From positions 630,874-694,873 of the forward strand of contig JBKBKR010000001.1 in assembly GCA_046296515.1 (NCBI GenBank): 64,000 nt of DNA. Reading direction: 5' to 3'. Below the pieces are notes generated by a model. The model ran no database searches, was not told the DNA's origin, and saw nothing but the letters and a program-made list of their open reading frames with translations. A program made the translations under genes and the position numbers. How positions within the stretch are numbered: the stretch's first letter is position 1; every line of letters starts with the position of its first letter. Source of the DNA: Paracoccaceae bacterium (lineage in GTDB: Bacteria; Pseudomonadota; Alphaproteobacteria; Rhodobacterales; Rhodobacteraceae). Shown here one piece after another: positions 23,656-36,246 of the stretch.

Positions 23656-23973
23656 ATCGCCATAGCGCCCGGCGCGGGTGAAGCCGTTGTCTTCGCGGAA
23701 ACGCAGATCGGTTCCGTCGCTGTCGACCTCGGCGCAGATCGGGCGTTTGCCGGACCAGCTTTCGCAATAGCGGTCGCCGTCCACCCGCCATTCGCCCCAG
23801 CCGCCCGCACGCACCGTGCGGCCATCGTCGAGGAAGTATTGCGCCACACCTTCGGGAAAGACCACCACACGCGAGGTGAGGGCCTCGGCGATCTGCACCC
23901 CGGACAAGGTTTGCCAACCATCTGCCAGCGCTCCCCCCGGCCAGAGCATCCAGATCACAACGATTGGCCGCAT
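23650..23973 (-). CDS. hypothetical small secreted protein (107 aa)
   Basis: MRPIVVIWMLWPGGALA signal-like N-terminus. This is only the C-terminal part of ORF-track ORF 23650-24786, whose remainder is antisense to purB. Confidence 0.45.
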   Translation of the reverse strand: MRPIVVIWMLWPGGALADGWQTLSGVQIAEALTSRVVVFPEGVAQYFLDDGRTVRAGGWGEWRVDGDRYCESWSGKRPICAEVDSDGTDLRFREDNGFTRAGRYGDL

Positions 23974-24051
23974 CCGGTCCCCTTTGCCTTGCGTCACGCC
24001 TGCGCGCAGTCTAAGGGGGCCGCGCACCCCCTTTCCAATGATAGGTTCGTG

Positions 24052-25356
24052 ATGATCCCGCGTTATTCCCGCCCCGAGATGGTTGCCCTCTGGTCGCCCG
24101 CCACGAAATTCCGCATCTGGTTCGAGATCGAGGCGCATGCCTGCGACGCGATGGCCGATCTGGGAGTGATCCCCAGGGCCAATGCCGAAGCGGTCTGGAA
24201 GGCCCGCGATGTGGAGTTCGACGTGGCGCGGATCGACGAAATCGAGGCCGTGACCAAACATGATGTCATCGCCTTCCTGACCCATCTGGCCGAACATATC
24301 GGCGCCGATGACGCGCGCTTTGTGCATCAGGGGATGACCAGTTCGGATGTGCTGGACACCACGCTGAACGTGCAGTTGGTGCGGGCGGCGGATCTGCTGT
24401 TGGCGGGCGTTGACCGCGTGCTGGCCGCGCTGAAGACCCGCGCGCTGGAGCACAAGGATACCGTCCGCATCGGCCGCAGCCATGGCATCCATGCCGAGCC
24501 GACAACGATGGGCCTGACATTCGCGCGGTTCTATGCCGAGATGGCGCGCGGCCGGGCGCGGCTGGTCAATGCGCGCGCCGAAGTGGCGACGGGGGCGATT
24601 TCGGGGGCTGTCGGCACATTCGCCAACATCGACCCGAGGGTGGAGGAGCATGTCTGCGCTCAGCTTGGCCTGACGCCCGAGACGATTTCCACGCAGGTAA
24701 TTCCGCGCGACCGGCATGCAATGTTCTTTGCCACTTTGGGCGTGATTGCGTCGAGCATCGAGAACATCGCCACCGAGTTCCGCCACATGCAGCGCACCGA
24801 GGTGCTGGAGGCCGAGGAGTTCTTCTCGCCCGGCCAGAAGGGCAGTTCAGCCATGCCGCACAAACGCAACCCGGTGCTGACCGAGAACCTTACCGGGCTG
24901 GCGCGGCTGGTGCGCATGGCCGTGGTGCCGGCGATGGAGAATGTGGCGCTGTGGCATGAGCGTGATATCAGCCATTCATCCGTGGAACGCGCGATCGGGC
25001 CGGATGCCACGATCACGTTGGATTTTGCGCTGCACCGTTTGGCGAATGTTGTCGAAAAACTTGTAGTTTACCCGGAAAACATGATGCGGAACATGAACAA
25101 GTTCCGCGGGCTGGTGATGAGCCAGCGCGTGTTGCTGGCGCTGACCCAAGCGGGTGTATCGCGTGAAGACAGTTACCGTCTGGTGCAGAGAAACGCTATG
25201 AAGGTTTGGGAACAAGGCGCTGATTTCAAAACGGAATTGCTGAGAGACCCCGAAGTGCTGGCAGCGCTGACGCCTGAACAGATCGAGGAAAAGTTCGACC
25301 TTGGCTATCACACCAAGCATGTCGATACGATTTTCGCCCGGGTTTTCGGCGCGTAA
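24052..25356 (+). CDS. purB: adenylosuccinate lyase
   Basis: MIPRYSRPEMVALWSP... with the fumarate-lyase signature GSSAMPHKRNP, 434 aa. Confidence 0.95.
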   Translation: MIPRYSRPEMVALWSPATKFRIWFEIEAHACDAMADLGVIPRANAEAVWKARDVEFDVARIDEIEAVTKHDVIAFLTHLAEHIGADDARFVHQGMTSSDVLDTTLNVQLVRAADLLLAGVDRVLAALKTRALEHKDTVRIGRSHGIHAEPTTMGLTFARFYAEMARGRARLVNARAEVATGAISGAVGTFANIDPRVEEHVCAQLGLTPETISTQVIPRDRHAMFFATLGVIASSIENIATEFRHMQRTEVLEAEEFFSPGQKGSSAMPHKRNPVLTENLTGLARLVRMAVVPAMENVALWHERDISHSSVERAIGPDATITLDFALHRLANVVEKLVVYPENMMRNMNKFRGLVMSQRVLLALTQAGVSREDSYRLVQRNAMKVWEQGADFKTELLRDPEVLAALTPEQIEEKFDLGYHTKHVDTIFARVFGA

Positions 25357-25462
25357 CGAAAGCGTGACCGGCGGCCTTGCAGGGTCGCCGGAATGTCTGC
25401 TTGAAACCTCCGCAATCGTGCTACCCTTTTCATATGATAAACACTCATGGGAAGGACGACTG

Positions 25463-25624
25463 ATGAAGACCAGGATCACCACTGCCGTCATCGCGCTCAT
25501 GCTGCTGCCGTCGATGTCGATGGCCTATTGCTCCGGCCACAAGGAGATTACCGCCTCGTCCTGCAAGGACGGCATGAGCTGGGATCAGGCCAAGGGCGAA
25601 TGTGTTCTGACCCCCACAACCTGA
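25463..25624 (+). CDS. small secreted Cys-containing peptide (53 aa)
   Basis: GGAAGGA RBS 7 nt upstream of the ATG. Signal peptide MKTRITTAVIALMLLPSMSMA, then YCSGHKEITASSCKDGMSWDQAKGECV. Confidence 0.5.
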   Translation: MKTRITTAVIALMLLPSMSMAYCSGHKEITASSCKDGMSWDQAKGECVLTPTT

Positions 25625-25631
25625 ACCCCGC

Positions 25632-25646
25632 GTAACCCGTCGTTAA
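25632..25646. promoter_or_regulatory. near-consensus CtrA box (GTAA-N7-TTAA) upstream of fliG
   Basis: GTAACCCGTCGTTAA lies 50 bp upstream of the fliG ATG. It has the same variant and orientation relative to its gene as the site upstream of ctrA. Confidence 0.35.
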
Positions 25647-25695
25647 TCCCGGCGTGACAATCTCCCCCCGCAGGATCACCAGAACGGGACTTAAA

Positions 25696-26778
25696 ATGCC
25701 GGATGACTATGGCCATGCACTGGCGCGCATCACCCCGGTGCAGCGCGCCGTTTCTTTTGGCGGCAACCGGGGTGAACGCCGCCCGCCCACAGCGCGCGAG
25801 AAGGCGGCCATCATCGTGCGCCTGATGCTGGCCGAGGGCGGGTCGATGCCCGTAGCCTCGCTTCCCGATCACATGCAGGCGGCGCTGACCGAACAGATCG
25901 GCCAGATGCGTCTCGTCGACCGCAACACCCTCTCCCAGGTGGTGGAGGAGTTCCTCGCCGAGTTGGAGGAGGTGGGGCTGTCCTTTCCTGGCGGCATCGA
26001 CGGCGCGCTGTCGATGATGGATGGGCATATCAGCCCGAATGCCGCCAGCCGTCTGCGACGCATGGCCGGGGCCTCGGGCAAGGCCGACCCATGGGACCGG
26101 CTGACCACCCTTCCCGCCGACCGCATCCTGCCGGTGCTGCAGGAGGAAAGCACCGAGGTTGCCGCCGTCATGCTGTCGAAACTGCCGGTGCCCAAGGCTG
26201 CCGAACTGTTGGGCCGCCTGCCGGGGGAAAAGGCGCGGCGCGTGGCCTATGCCGTCTCAATGACCGGAAATGTCGATCCCGAAACGGTGCGCCGCATCGG
26301 GATGTCGCTGGCCGCGCAACTGGACGCGCAGCCCGCCCGCGCCTTTGACGCGGGGCCGGTAGAACGGGTGGGGGCGATCCTTAACATCTCGACCGCCGCA
26401 ACCCGCGATGATGTGCTGATCGGGCTGGATGCCGAGGATGCCGATTTTGCCGAACAGGTGCGCAAGGCAATTTTCACCTTTGCCCATATTCCCGCCCGCA
26501 TCATGCCGCGCGACATTCCGAAGATCATCCGATTGGTCGATGCCGCCGTGCTCGTCACCGCCTTTACCGCCGCGCAGGGCCACCCCCGCAACGCCCCGGC
26601 GGTGGAATTCATTCTGGCCAACATGTCGCAGCGCATGGCGCAATCGCTGCGCGAAGAGATGGAGATTCGCGGCAAGGTCAAGGAAAAAGACGCCGAAGTG
26701 GCGATGACCACCATCGTCACCACCATCCGCCAGCTGGAAGGCGCGGGCGAGATTGTCATGAACCGCGATGAGGATTGA
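25696..26778 (+). CDS. fliG: flagellar motor switch protein FliG (orphan, no other flagellar genes in window)
   Basis: FliG middle and C-terminal domain patterns (VAAVMLSKLPVPKAAELLGRLP..., EFILANMSQRMAQSLREEMEIRGKVKEKDAEVAMTTIVTTIRQLEGAGEI). Confidence 0.85.
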   Translation: MPDDYGHALARITPVQRAVSFGGNRGERRPPTAREKAAIIVRLMLAEGGSMPVASLPDHMQAALTEQIGQMRLVDRNTLSQVVEEFLAELEEVGLSFPGGIDGALSMMDGHISPNAASRLRRMAGASGKADPWDRLTTLPADRILPVLQEESTEVAAVMLSKLPVPKAAELLGRLPGEKARRVAYAVSMTGNVDPETVRRIGMSLAAQLDAQPARAFDAGPVERVGAILNISTAATRDDVLIGLDAEDADFAEQVRKAIFTFAHIPARIMPRDIPKIIRLVDAAVLVTAFTAAQGHPRNAPAVEFILANMSQRMAQSLREEMEIRGKVKEKDAEVAMTTIVTTIRQLEGAGEIVMNRDED

Positions 26779-26855
26779 GCGCGGCCAAAGCACGTGAACT
26801 CAACCTTGTGAACCCCGGCCGTGCAGGATAGCGTCCGCGCCATGAAAGATGCGCG

Positions 26856-27740
26856 ATGACCCTGCCGACACTCAAAGACACCAAAAGCGGCATCCTGTTG
26901 ATGGTGCTGGCGATTTTCTGCTTTGCCGCGATGGATGCGGCGGCCAAGGGGCTGATCGCGCGCTATCCGGTGCCGCAGGTGGTCTGGGCGCGTTTTGCCG
27001 GGCAGGTGTTGATTGTGGCGCTACTTCTGGGCCCGCGTCTGCCGGTGATGCTGCGCACAAGGTGGCCGGTGCTGCACCTGATCCGCTCGGCCTGCCAGCT
27101 GGGGGCGATCGCCTGTTTTTTCTCCTCCCTGCCCTATATCAGGCTGGCGGATGCGACCGCTCTTGCCGACCTGAACCCGGTGCTGATCACATTGGGTGCC
27201 GCGCTTTTCCTTGGCGAAAGGCTTGGCCCGCGCCGCATCGCGGGCGTTATCGCAGCCCTTGTCGGCGCGCTGATCATCATCCGACCCGGCTTGTCGGTCT
27301 TTACCCCCGCCGCGCTGCTGCCACTGGCATCGGCGGCGTTCTATTCTGTCAATGCTCTGATCACCCGCCGGCTCGGCCCGCACGAAACCGCCTGGACGCC
27401 GATGATCCTGGCCGCCCTGTTCGGCATGGCCGCCACCAGCGTTACCCTGCCCTTTGTCTGGGTGCCCGTGCCCATGGCCGACGTGCCGCTTTTCGCGCTG
27501 ATCGGTATTCTGGGCACGGTGGCACAACTGGCGCTGATCCGCGCTTTCACACTGGCCGAGGCGGGAAGTGTTGCGCCCTTCGCCTATGTCGGGCTGATCT
27601 TTGCCACCGGCTGGGGCTATGTGCTGTATAACGAGGTGCCGGATCTGCCCACCATCATCGGTGCGCTTGTGATCGTGGTGGCGGGTCTTTATGTCTGGCA
27701 CCGCGAAACCCGGGTGCATGGCGCATCCAGAACCCGATAG
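26856..27740 (+). CDS. EamA/DMT family transporter
   Basis: 294 aa with ~10 predicted TM helices and a duplicated EamA-like pattern. Confidence 0.85.
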   Translation: MTLPTLKDTKSGILLMVLAIFCFAAMDAAAKGLIARYPVPQVVWARFAGQVLIVALLLGPRLPVMLRTRWPVLHLIRSACQLGAIACFFSSLPYIRLADATALADLNPVLITLGAALFLGERLGPRRIAGVIAALVGALIIIRPGLSVFTPAALLPLASAAFYSVNALITRRLGPHETAWTPMILAALFGMAATSVTLPFVWVPVPMADVPLFALIGILGTVAQLALIRAFTLAEAGSVAPFAYVGLIFATGWGYVLYNEVPDLPTIIGALVIVVAGLYVWHRETRVHGASRTR

Positions 27741-27750
27741 CACGGACCGG

Positions 27751-28632
27751 ATGACCGAAACCGAGGCGCATAAAAGCGGAACATGGGGCCAATGGCTGAC
27801 CGACCGCGCCATCCGCGCGCTGATCGGCCTGCTGCTGGCCCTTCCCTATCGCTGGCGCGTGCCGCTGTGTGGCTGGGTGATGGCACGCATCGTGGCGCCG
27901 CTGGCGGGCTGGCCAAAGCGCATCCGCGACAACCTTGCGCTGACCCTGCCCGACCTGTCCGCCGACCAGATCGACCGCATGGTGGCGCGCGTGCCGGAAA
28001 ACATCGGCCGCACTGTGATCGAGATCTATTCCGGCGCCGAATTCATCGCCCGCACTACCGAGCTGCCGCTGACCGGCACAGGTGTGGCTGCGCTGGAGGC
28101 AGCACATGCCGCCAAGCGCCCCGTCATCCTCGCCACCGGGCATTTCGGCAATTATGATGCGGTGCGCGCGGCGCTGATCGCGCGGGGGTATCCGCTTGGC
28201 GCGCTCTATCGCCCGATGTCGAACCCGTGGTTCAACGATCATTATGTGCAGGCGATCGGCACCATCGGCCAGCCGATCTTTGAACGCGGGCGGGCGGGCA
28301 TGGGACAGATGCTCAAACACCTGCGCGGCGGCGGGATGCTGGGCATCCTGCCCGATCAGCGCATGCACAAGGGCGTGAAACTGACTTTCTTCGGGCAAGA
28401 AGCGCTGACCGCGCTGTCAGCCGCCGATATGGCGCTGAAATATGATGCGGCGCTGATCCCGACCTATGCGATCCGCCAGCCGGACGGATTGTCGTTCCAG
28501 ATCATTGTTGATCCGCCGATTCCCCACGGCACGCCGGAGGACATGACACAGGCACTGAATGACAATCTGGAACGGCTGATCCGGCGGTATCCCGAGCAAT
28601 GGTTCTGGATCCACCGCCGTTGGAAGCCCTGA
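27751..28632 (+). CDS. lysophospholipid/lipid A (LpxL/HtrB-type) acyltransferase
   Basis: N-terminal TM helix, HFGNYD (HX4D-type) and LPDQR motifs, and a C-terminal YPEQWFWIHRRWK. ATG 27751 avoids overlap with the EamA gene. Confidence 0.85.
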   Translation: MTETEAHKSGTWGQWLTDRAIRALIGLLLALPYRWRVPLCGWVMARIVAPLAGWPKRIRDNLALTLPDLSADQIDRMVARVPENIGRTVIEIYSGAEFIARTTELPLTGTGVAALEAAHAAKRPVILATGHFGNYDAVRAALIARGYPLGALYRPMSNPWFNDHYVQAIGTIGQPIFERGRAGMGQMLKHLRGGGMLGILPDQRMHKGVKLTFFGQEALTALSAADMALKYDAALIPTYAIRQPDGLSFQIIVDPPIPHGTPEDMTQALNDNLERLIRRYPEQWFWIHRRWKP

Positions 28633-28635
28633 GCG

Positions 28636-29349
28636 CTACTTCAGAACCGCCGCCGCAAGCACATCCGCCGGGCCTTCGGTCTGCACGATCACCACCACCG
28701 GATCGGGGCCCGCCGCCGCTGCCGTCAATTCCAGCGGCGCAGCGCCCGGCCAGTCGGCCACTGACTGCCAGTCGGTGACGATGTTGCTATAGGTCACCTC
28801 GCGCCCCTCATTCTCGCCCCGGCCAATGGCGACCGTGGCCTCGGGCAGATAGCGGATCACATGGATGCGCGCAGGCTTGGTCAATGGCGGGTCGGCCAAG
28901 GCATGGATCACGATCCGGTCGCCGTCGCGCGTCACCGTCAGCGTCACCGGGCTGACCTGCGCCTGATGTTTGCGGATCGCATCGGCCACCTGTGCCGGAT
29001 CATTGCCCTCCACCCGGTCCACCCCGCCGACGATCATCTGCGGCGTATAGACCATCCGGCTGCGCGCGGCCTTGGCATAGGCCTTCTGGCGCTGGGTAAA
29101 TTTCGGGTTGCCGAAGGTATCGCGCCAGCCGATGTAATCCCAGTAGTCGACATGCAAGGACAGCGCGATCACATCCGGGCTTTTGACCAGTTCCACCATG
29201 AATTCATCGGCAGGCGGGCAGGACGAACACCCTTGCGAGGTGTAGAGCTCTACCACAACCGGCGACGTCTGCGCCGCTGCCACACCGGAGAACCCAAGCC
29301 AAAGCCCGGCAGTCGCGCTGACCAAATGTCGCATCGTCACTTCTGTCAT
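28636..29349 (-). CDS. DUF1223 thioredoxin-like secreted protein
   Basis: VVELYTSQGCSSCPPADEF plus HVDYWDYIGWRDTF, hallmark DUF1223 motifs, with a signal peptide. Confidence 0.85.
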   Translation of the reverse strand: MTEVTMRHLVSATAGLWLGFSGVAAAQTSPVVVELYTSQGCSSCPPADEFMVELVKSPDVIALSLHVDYWDYIGWRDTFGNPKFTQRQKAYAKAARSRMVYTPQMIVGGVDRVEGNDPAQVADAIRKHQAQVSPVTLTVTRDGDRIVIHALADPPLTKPARIHVIRYLPEATVAIGRGENEGREVTYSNIVTDWQSVADWPGAAPLELTAAAAGPDPVVVIVQTEGPADVLAAAVLK

Positions 29350-29583
29350 CCCCAAACTTGCCCTATCGTTCTACAGACAGGGGTGATGACCCGCCAATCA
29401 AGGTTTTGCGAGGGAATGAAGAATTCCCAACCGCCCCCGGATCATGGCAAGATCGTCACAACTTCGCTGAAACGAGTGCTGGATACTTGGCATACAATGG
29501 TATACAAAGCCAGCGATTCCCCGGCCCATTCCGCCGGACCCGACCTTAAGCCATTCTCTTCTCCATAGCCAAGAGGGCCAAAG

Positions 29584-32358
<2,775 letters not shown>

Positions 32359-32424
32359 CCCGCCGCTCATCCGCCTCTGCGGGCGTCTTCGCTCACCCGA
32401 GGACCGCCCGCAAGGGAGGGACGA

Positions 32425-32452
32425 GGCCCGGACCGAAAGGTCCGGGCCTTTT
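32425..32452 (+). terminator. rho-independent terminator of acnA
   Basis: GGCCCGGACC-GAAA-GGTCCGGGCC followed by TTTT. Confidence 0.85.
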
Positions 32453-32747
32453 CGCTGCGAAGCCTCCGTAGACCCCGCCTGCCAGAACCAGCGCTTCCCT
32501 CCCCCCTCGTGGGGGAGGGAGAGGGAGGGGGCCGCAACGACGATCACAGAAACTAAGCTCTTGTTCAGACCTTTCCGGCAGGATCAGGCCCATGTCGCAC
32601 TGAAAGGCCCCTGCCATGCCGTCCCGATTCCCGCCGATCGCACCACAACCGCCCGCCCGGGCACGGCCGCGCCTGCTTCCTGCCTTGCCGTGGCCGGAAC
32701 TGGGCCTATTCACCCTTCTGGGTCTGACGCTTCTGGGGTAACGGGCC

Positions 32748-33296
32748 TCAGCCCGGCGTTTGCGCTGCCAATGCCGCAGCCAACGCGGGTTTGAAACGGT
32801 TCTCGTAATCTGACCCGATCAGTGGCCCGATGAAGCGCATCGCAACCGTGCCATCACCACGCAGAATGAACGTCTCCGGCGGGGCGGTGACACCCCATTC
32901 CACCCGGTTGCGGCCCTGCGGATCGGTGGCCACGCCAAAGAACGGGTTGCCGTCCTGCGCCAGATAGGCGATCGCCTTGGCGTCATTGTCCATGATGTTG
33001 ATGCCCGCCACCCGCACCCCATCTGCCGCCATCTGCATCAGCACCGGATGCTCCGCCCGGCAGGGCGGGCACCAGGTGGCGAAAAAGTTCACCACCGTGA
33101 CCTGCCCGGTGCGCAGGTCGGCATCGGTCAACAGCGGCACCCCCGCAAGGCCGGTCAGCGGCACCACAGGTGCCGCGCGGTCCTGAAATGCGGTCGGCAT
33201 GTCATTGGGGTTGTTCTGCATCATCTGCATATAAAACGCCCCCGCCAGCCCGGCAAAGATCACCGGCGGCAGCACCATCAGCCATTTAGCCATCAT
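32748..33296 (-). CDS. ccmG: thiol:disulfide interchange protein CcmG/DsbE (HelX-type)
   Basis: N-terminal TM helix, a WCPPC active site and GVTAPPETF. Confidence 0.92.
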   Translation of the reverse strand: MMAKWLMVLPPVIFAGLAGAFYMQMMQNNPNDMPTAFQDRAAPVVPLTGLAGVPLLTDADLRTGQVTVVNFFATWCPPCRAEHPVLMQMAADGVRVAGINIMDNDAKAIAYLAQDGNPFFGVATDPQGRNRVEWGVTAPPETFILRGDGTVAMRFIGPLIGSDYENRFKPALAAALAAQTPG

Positions 33297-33459
33297 TCTT
33301 CCCCTGACTTTGGCCCTGCCGCGCCTCGACCTCTGCCAACTGCCGCTTCACCCGCCGCCCCTGCCAGACGGTCAGCGCCACCAGCACCGCCAGCAAAGCC
33401 AGCGTCACCCCATAGGACGACAGCACCGCCACCGCATAGCGCCCCAGATCCGGCATCAT
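33286..33459 (-). CDS. ccmD: heme exporter protein D
   Basis: Not in the ORF track because it is below 60 aa. My translation is MMPDLGRYAVAVLSSYGVTLALLAVLVALTVWQGRRVKRQLAEVEARQGQSQGKNDG. The ATGA start overlaps the ccmC stop, and its end overlaps the ccmG start. Confidence 0.8.
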   Translation of the reverse strand: MMPDLGRYAVAVLSSYGVTLALLAVLVALTVWQGRRVKRQLAEVEARQGQSQGKNDG

Positions 33460-34187
33460 GCCAACCGCTCCCGTGCCAGCAGCGCCGACAACCGCCGTGC
33501 GCGAATCTCCGTGCGCGTCCGCATCAGCACCAACGCCACGAACAAGAGCACGAACCCCGCAATGCAGACCACCAGCGGCACATAATACGCGGGCGCGATC
33601 GGATCGGCCTCACCCACCTTCAGGATCGTCGAATCCTGATGCAGCCCCTGATTCCAGAACTTCACCGCATAGCGCGACAACACCGCAAAGACCGAGCCGA
33701 CCATGCACAACACCGCCGTCAGGTCCGCCGCCGTGTCGGGATCATCCACCGCCTGCCACAGCGCGATATAGCCCAGATAGAACAGCGCCAGGATCAGGAA
33801 CGCGGTCAACCGCGGGTCCCAGGCCCACCAGGTGCCCCACATCGGCTGGCCCCAGAGCGCGCCGGTGACCAGCGCGATCGCGGTGAATGTCAGCCCCACC
33901 GGGGCCGCCGCCTTGGCCGCCAGTGCCGAAACATGGTGCCGCCGGATCAGCCAGATCAGGCTGGCCACCAGCATCATCACCCAGGCGTTGATCGCCATCA
34001 TCGCGGTTGGCACATGGATGAAGATGATCTTCACCGTTGACCCTTGCCGGAAATCATCCGGCGTCAGGAAAAATCCCCAGACCAGCCCAACCCCCAGACA
34101 AACCGCCGTGAGCCCGGCAATCCAGGGCAAAACCCCGGCCGTGACCTGCATGAACCTTTTCGGGTTGGCATATTCCCATAACGACAT
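33456..34187 (-). CDS. ccmC: heme exporter protein C
   Basis: WWD motif WGTWWAWDPRLT with conserved His residues, 243 aa. Confidence 0.95.
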   Translation of the reverse strand: MSLWEYANPKRFMQVTAGVLPWIAGLTAVCLGVGLVWGFFLTPDDFRQGSTVKIIFIHVPTAMMAINAWVMMLVASLIWLIRRHHVSALAAKAAAPVGLTFTAIALVTGALWGQPMWGTWWAWDPRLTAFLILALFYLGYIALWQAVDDPDTAADLTAVLCMVGSVFAVLSRYAVKFWNQGLHQDSTILKVGEADPIAPAYYVPLVVCIAGFVLLFVALVLMRTRTEIRARRLSALLARERLA

Positions 34188-34241
34188 CAGGCTGGCCTAA
34201 CCTCTCTCACAATGCGTCTCAAGTCACTATCATGTCAAACG

Positions 34242-34898
34242 TCAGCGCAGATTGACGCGGATTGCCGCAGCTGCCGCAAAGGGCAGCAGTGCCACCGCCC
34301 CTGCCGTGATGCCCGCCAGCAACAGCAGCGGCACCGATACCTGCCCCCCGGTCGCGCCGCGCTTCACCACTTCGGCGCCAAAGATCAGCGTCGGCACATA
34401 CAGCGGCAGCACCAGCAAAGACAAGAGCAGGCCGCCACGCTTGATTCCAACCGTCAGCGCCGCGCCAAAGGCCCCGATCACCGACAGCGCCGGGGTTCCG
34501 GCGGCAAGGCTGGCCACCAGCCAGACATAGCCCGGCCCCGGCAGGTTCAAAAGCACCCCCAGCACGGGCGCGGCCAAGGTCAGCGGCAAGCCGGTCACCA
34601 GCCAATGCGCAAGCGCCTTGATCGCCACCACCCCCTCCAGCGGAATCGGCGAGGTGGCCAGCAGATCCAGCGAGCCATCCTCGAAATCCAGCGCAAATAT
34701 CCGGTCCAGAGACAAAAGACACGCCAGCAGCGCCCCCACCCACAGGATACCCGGCGCGATCTTCGCCAGCGTCGATGCCTCCGGCCCCACGCCCAAAGGC
34801 ACCAGCACCGCCACCAGCAGGAAGAACGCCAACCCCAGCCCAAAACCGCCCCCTGCGCGAAAGGCCAACCGCAGATCGCGGACCAACAGTGCGGTCAT
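34242..34898 (-). CDS. ccmB: heme exporter protein B
   Basis: 218 aa with 6 TM helices and a CcmB pattern. It overlaps the ccmA stop by 4 bp. Confidence 0.9.
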   Translation of the reverse strand: MTALLVRDLRLAFRAGGGFGLGLAFFLLVAVLVPLGVGPEASTLAKIAPGILWVGALLACLLSLDRIFALDFEDGSLDLLATSPIPLEGVVAIKALAHWLVTGLPLTLAAPVLGVLLNLPGPGYVWLVASLAAGTPALSVIGAFGAALTVGIKRGGLLLSLLVLPLYVPTLIFGAEVVKRGATGGQVSVPLLLLAGITAGAVALLPFAAAAAIRVNLR

Positions 34899-35515
34899 GC
34901 AAAGGCCTCGTCAAAGCCGCCGGGGGCCACCGGGGCCTTTGCCTTGTAAGGCCCCAGATCCAGCACCGCCGCCTCCGTCAGCCCCAGATCAATATGCGTG
35001 GCGATCAGCGCCATGCCGCCGCCACCCAGATGCGCCCGCACCACCCCCGCGAACAGGGCGACCGAAGCCACATCGAGCGAAACCGTCGGCTCGTCCAGCA
35101 CCCAGACCGGGCGGCCCGTCACCAACAGCCGCGCCAGCCCCAGCCGCCGCTTTTGCCCCGCCGACAGGTTGGCAGCCCTGCGCGCGCGCAGATCAGCCAG
35201 GTTCATCTGAACCATCGCCTCAGCCACACCGCCAACCCCATGGATCGCGGCCCAGAAGGTCAGGTTCTCCTCCACCGTCAGCACCGCTTTCAGCCCATCG
35301 GCATGGGCGGCATAGGTCAGGCTTTCTGGGGGCGCGCTGACGGTGCCCGCCACGGCAGGCTGCAACCCGGCCAAAGTGCGCAAAAGCGTAGTCTTGCCCA
35401 CCCCGTTCGGCCCGCGCAGGATCAGCGCCTGCCCCGGTGCCAGTGAAAAGCTCACGCCCTCCAGCACCGTCAGACCGCCGCGCGCCACCGCCAGATTGTT
35501 GACCACCAACTCCAT
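34895..35515 (-). CDS. ccmA: heme ABC exporter ATP-binding protein CcmA
   Basis: Walker [10 protein letters not shown], signature LSAGQKRR and Walker B VWVLDEP. The first ATG is at 35515. The ORF-track start at 35521 is TTG. Confidence 0.93.
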   Translation of the reverse strand: MELVVNNLAVARGGLTVLEGVSFSLAPGQALILRGPNGVGKTTLLRTLAGLQPAVAGTVSAPPESLTYAAHADGLKAVLTVEENLTFWAAIHGVGGVAEAMVQMNLADLRARRAANLSAGQKRRLGLARLLVTGRPVWVLDEPTVSLDVASVALFAGVVRAHLGGGGMALIATHIDLGLTEAAVLDLGPYKAKAPVAPGGFDEAFA

Positions 35516-35634
35516 TCCCAACCCCTAGCGCAGCCCATGCGCGCCGGAAAGGCCCTGCGACACCAAGGCAAGCCGCCACGCAAAAGGGCAGCGCATCCTT
35601 GCGCCGCCCCTCCAACTCGCTGGAACTCCGAGCC

Positions 35635-36246
35635 TCAGCCCAGAATCGCCTTCACGTAATTCACAGTTTCCGGGAAAGGCGGGATGCCATTGTGCTTTTC
35701 CACCGCACCCGGCCCGGCGTTATAGGCGGCCAAGGCCAGCCGCCAGCTGCCGAACCTGGCATACATCATCTTCAGATAGCGCGCGCCGCCCTCAAGGTTC
35801 TGGTGCGGATCGTTGATGTCCACCCCCAGCTTTTGCGCCGTGCCCGGCATCAGCTGCGCCAGCCCGGTCGCACCCTTGTGCGACACCGCGCCGGGGTTCC
35901 AGCCCGATTCCTGCTGAACAAGGCGGAGGAACAAATCCTCGGGGATACCGTGCCGCGTGGCCATCGCGCGCGCTACGCCCAGATATTCGCCCTTGTAGCG
36001 CCCGGCGTAGCGCGGGGCCGAGGTCGCTGGCGCTGCTGCCGACTTGCCCTTCGGCGTCAGCCGGACCGAGGCCGAATACTGCTTCGACAACCGCCCATCC
36101 AGCAGCTTTTTCTGCGAACTGAACAGCGATGCCCGGTTCTTGCTCGACCCCGACAGGTTCAGTCCTTCGGCAGCCACCGCGCCGGGGGCGACAGAGCACA
36201 GGGCAACGGCCAGAGTGGCAGACAAGACCGCAGCACTGAATTTCAT
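35635..36246 (-). CDS. lytic transglycosylase (SLT domain), secreted
   Basis: Signal peptide [29 protein letters not shown] motifs [15 protein letters not shown] and AYNAGPGAV. Confidence 0.88.
   Translation of the reverse strand: MKFSAAVLSATLAVALCSVAPGAVAAEGLNLSGSSKNRASLFSSQKKLLDGRLSKQYSASVRLTPKGKSAAAPATSAPRYAGRYKGEYLGVARAMATRHGIPEDLFLRLVQQESGWNPGAVSHKGATGLAQLMPGTAQKLGVDINDPHQNLEGGARYLKMMYARFGSWRLALAAYNAGPGAVEKHNGIPPFPETVNYVKAILG

Noticed and set aside
23974-24786. N-terminal 270 aa of ORF-track ORF 23650-24786 (minus strand)
   Set aside because: This part is antisense to purB, which has the unmistakable GSSAMPHKRNP signature. Only the last 107 codons, from ATG 23973, lie in an otherwise gene-free gap and have a signal peptide.
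32616-32741. 41-aa ORF ([41 protein letters not shown]) between acnA and ccmG
   Set aside because: It is Pro/Arg-rich, has no RBS, and has the composition expected from random GC-rich sequence. It is mentioned only within the context of the intergenic finding.
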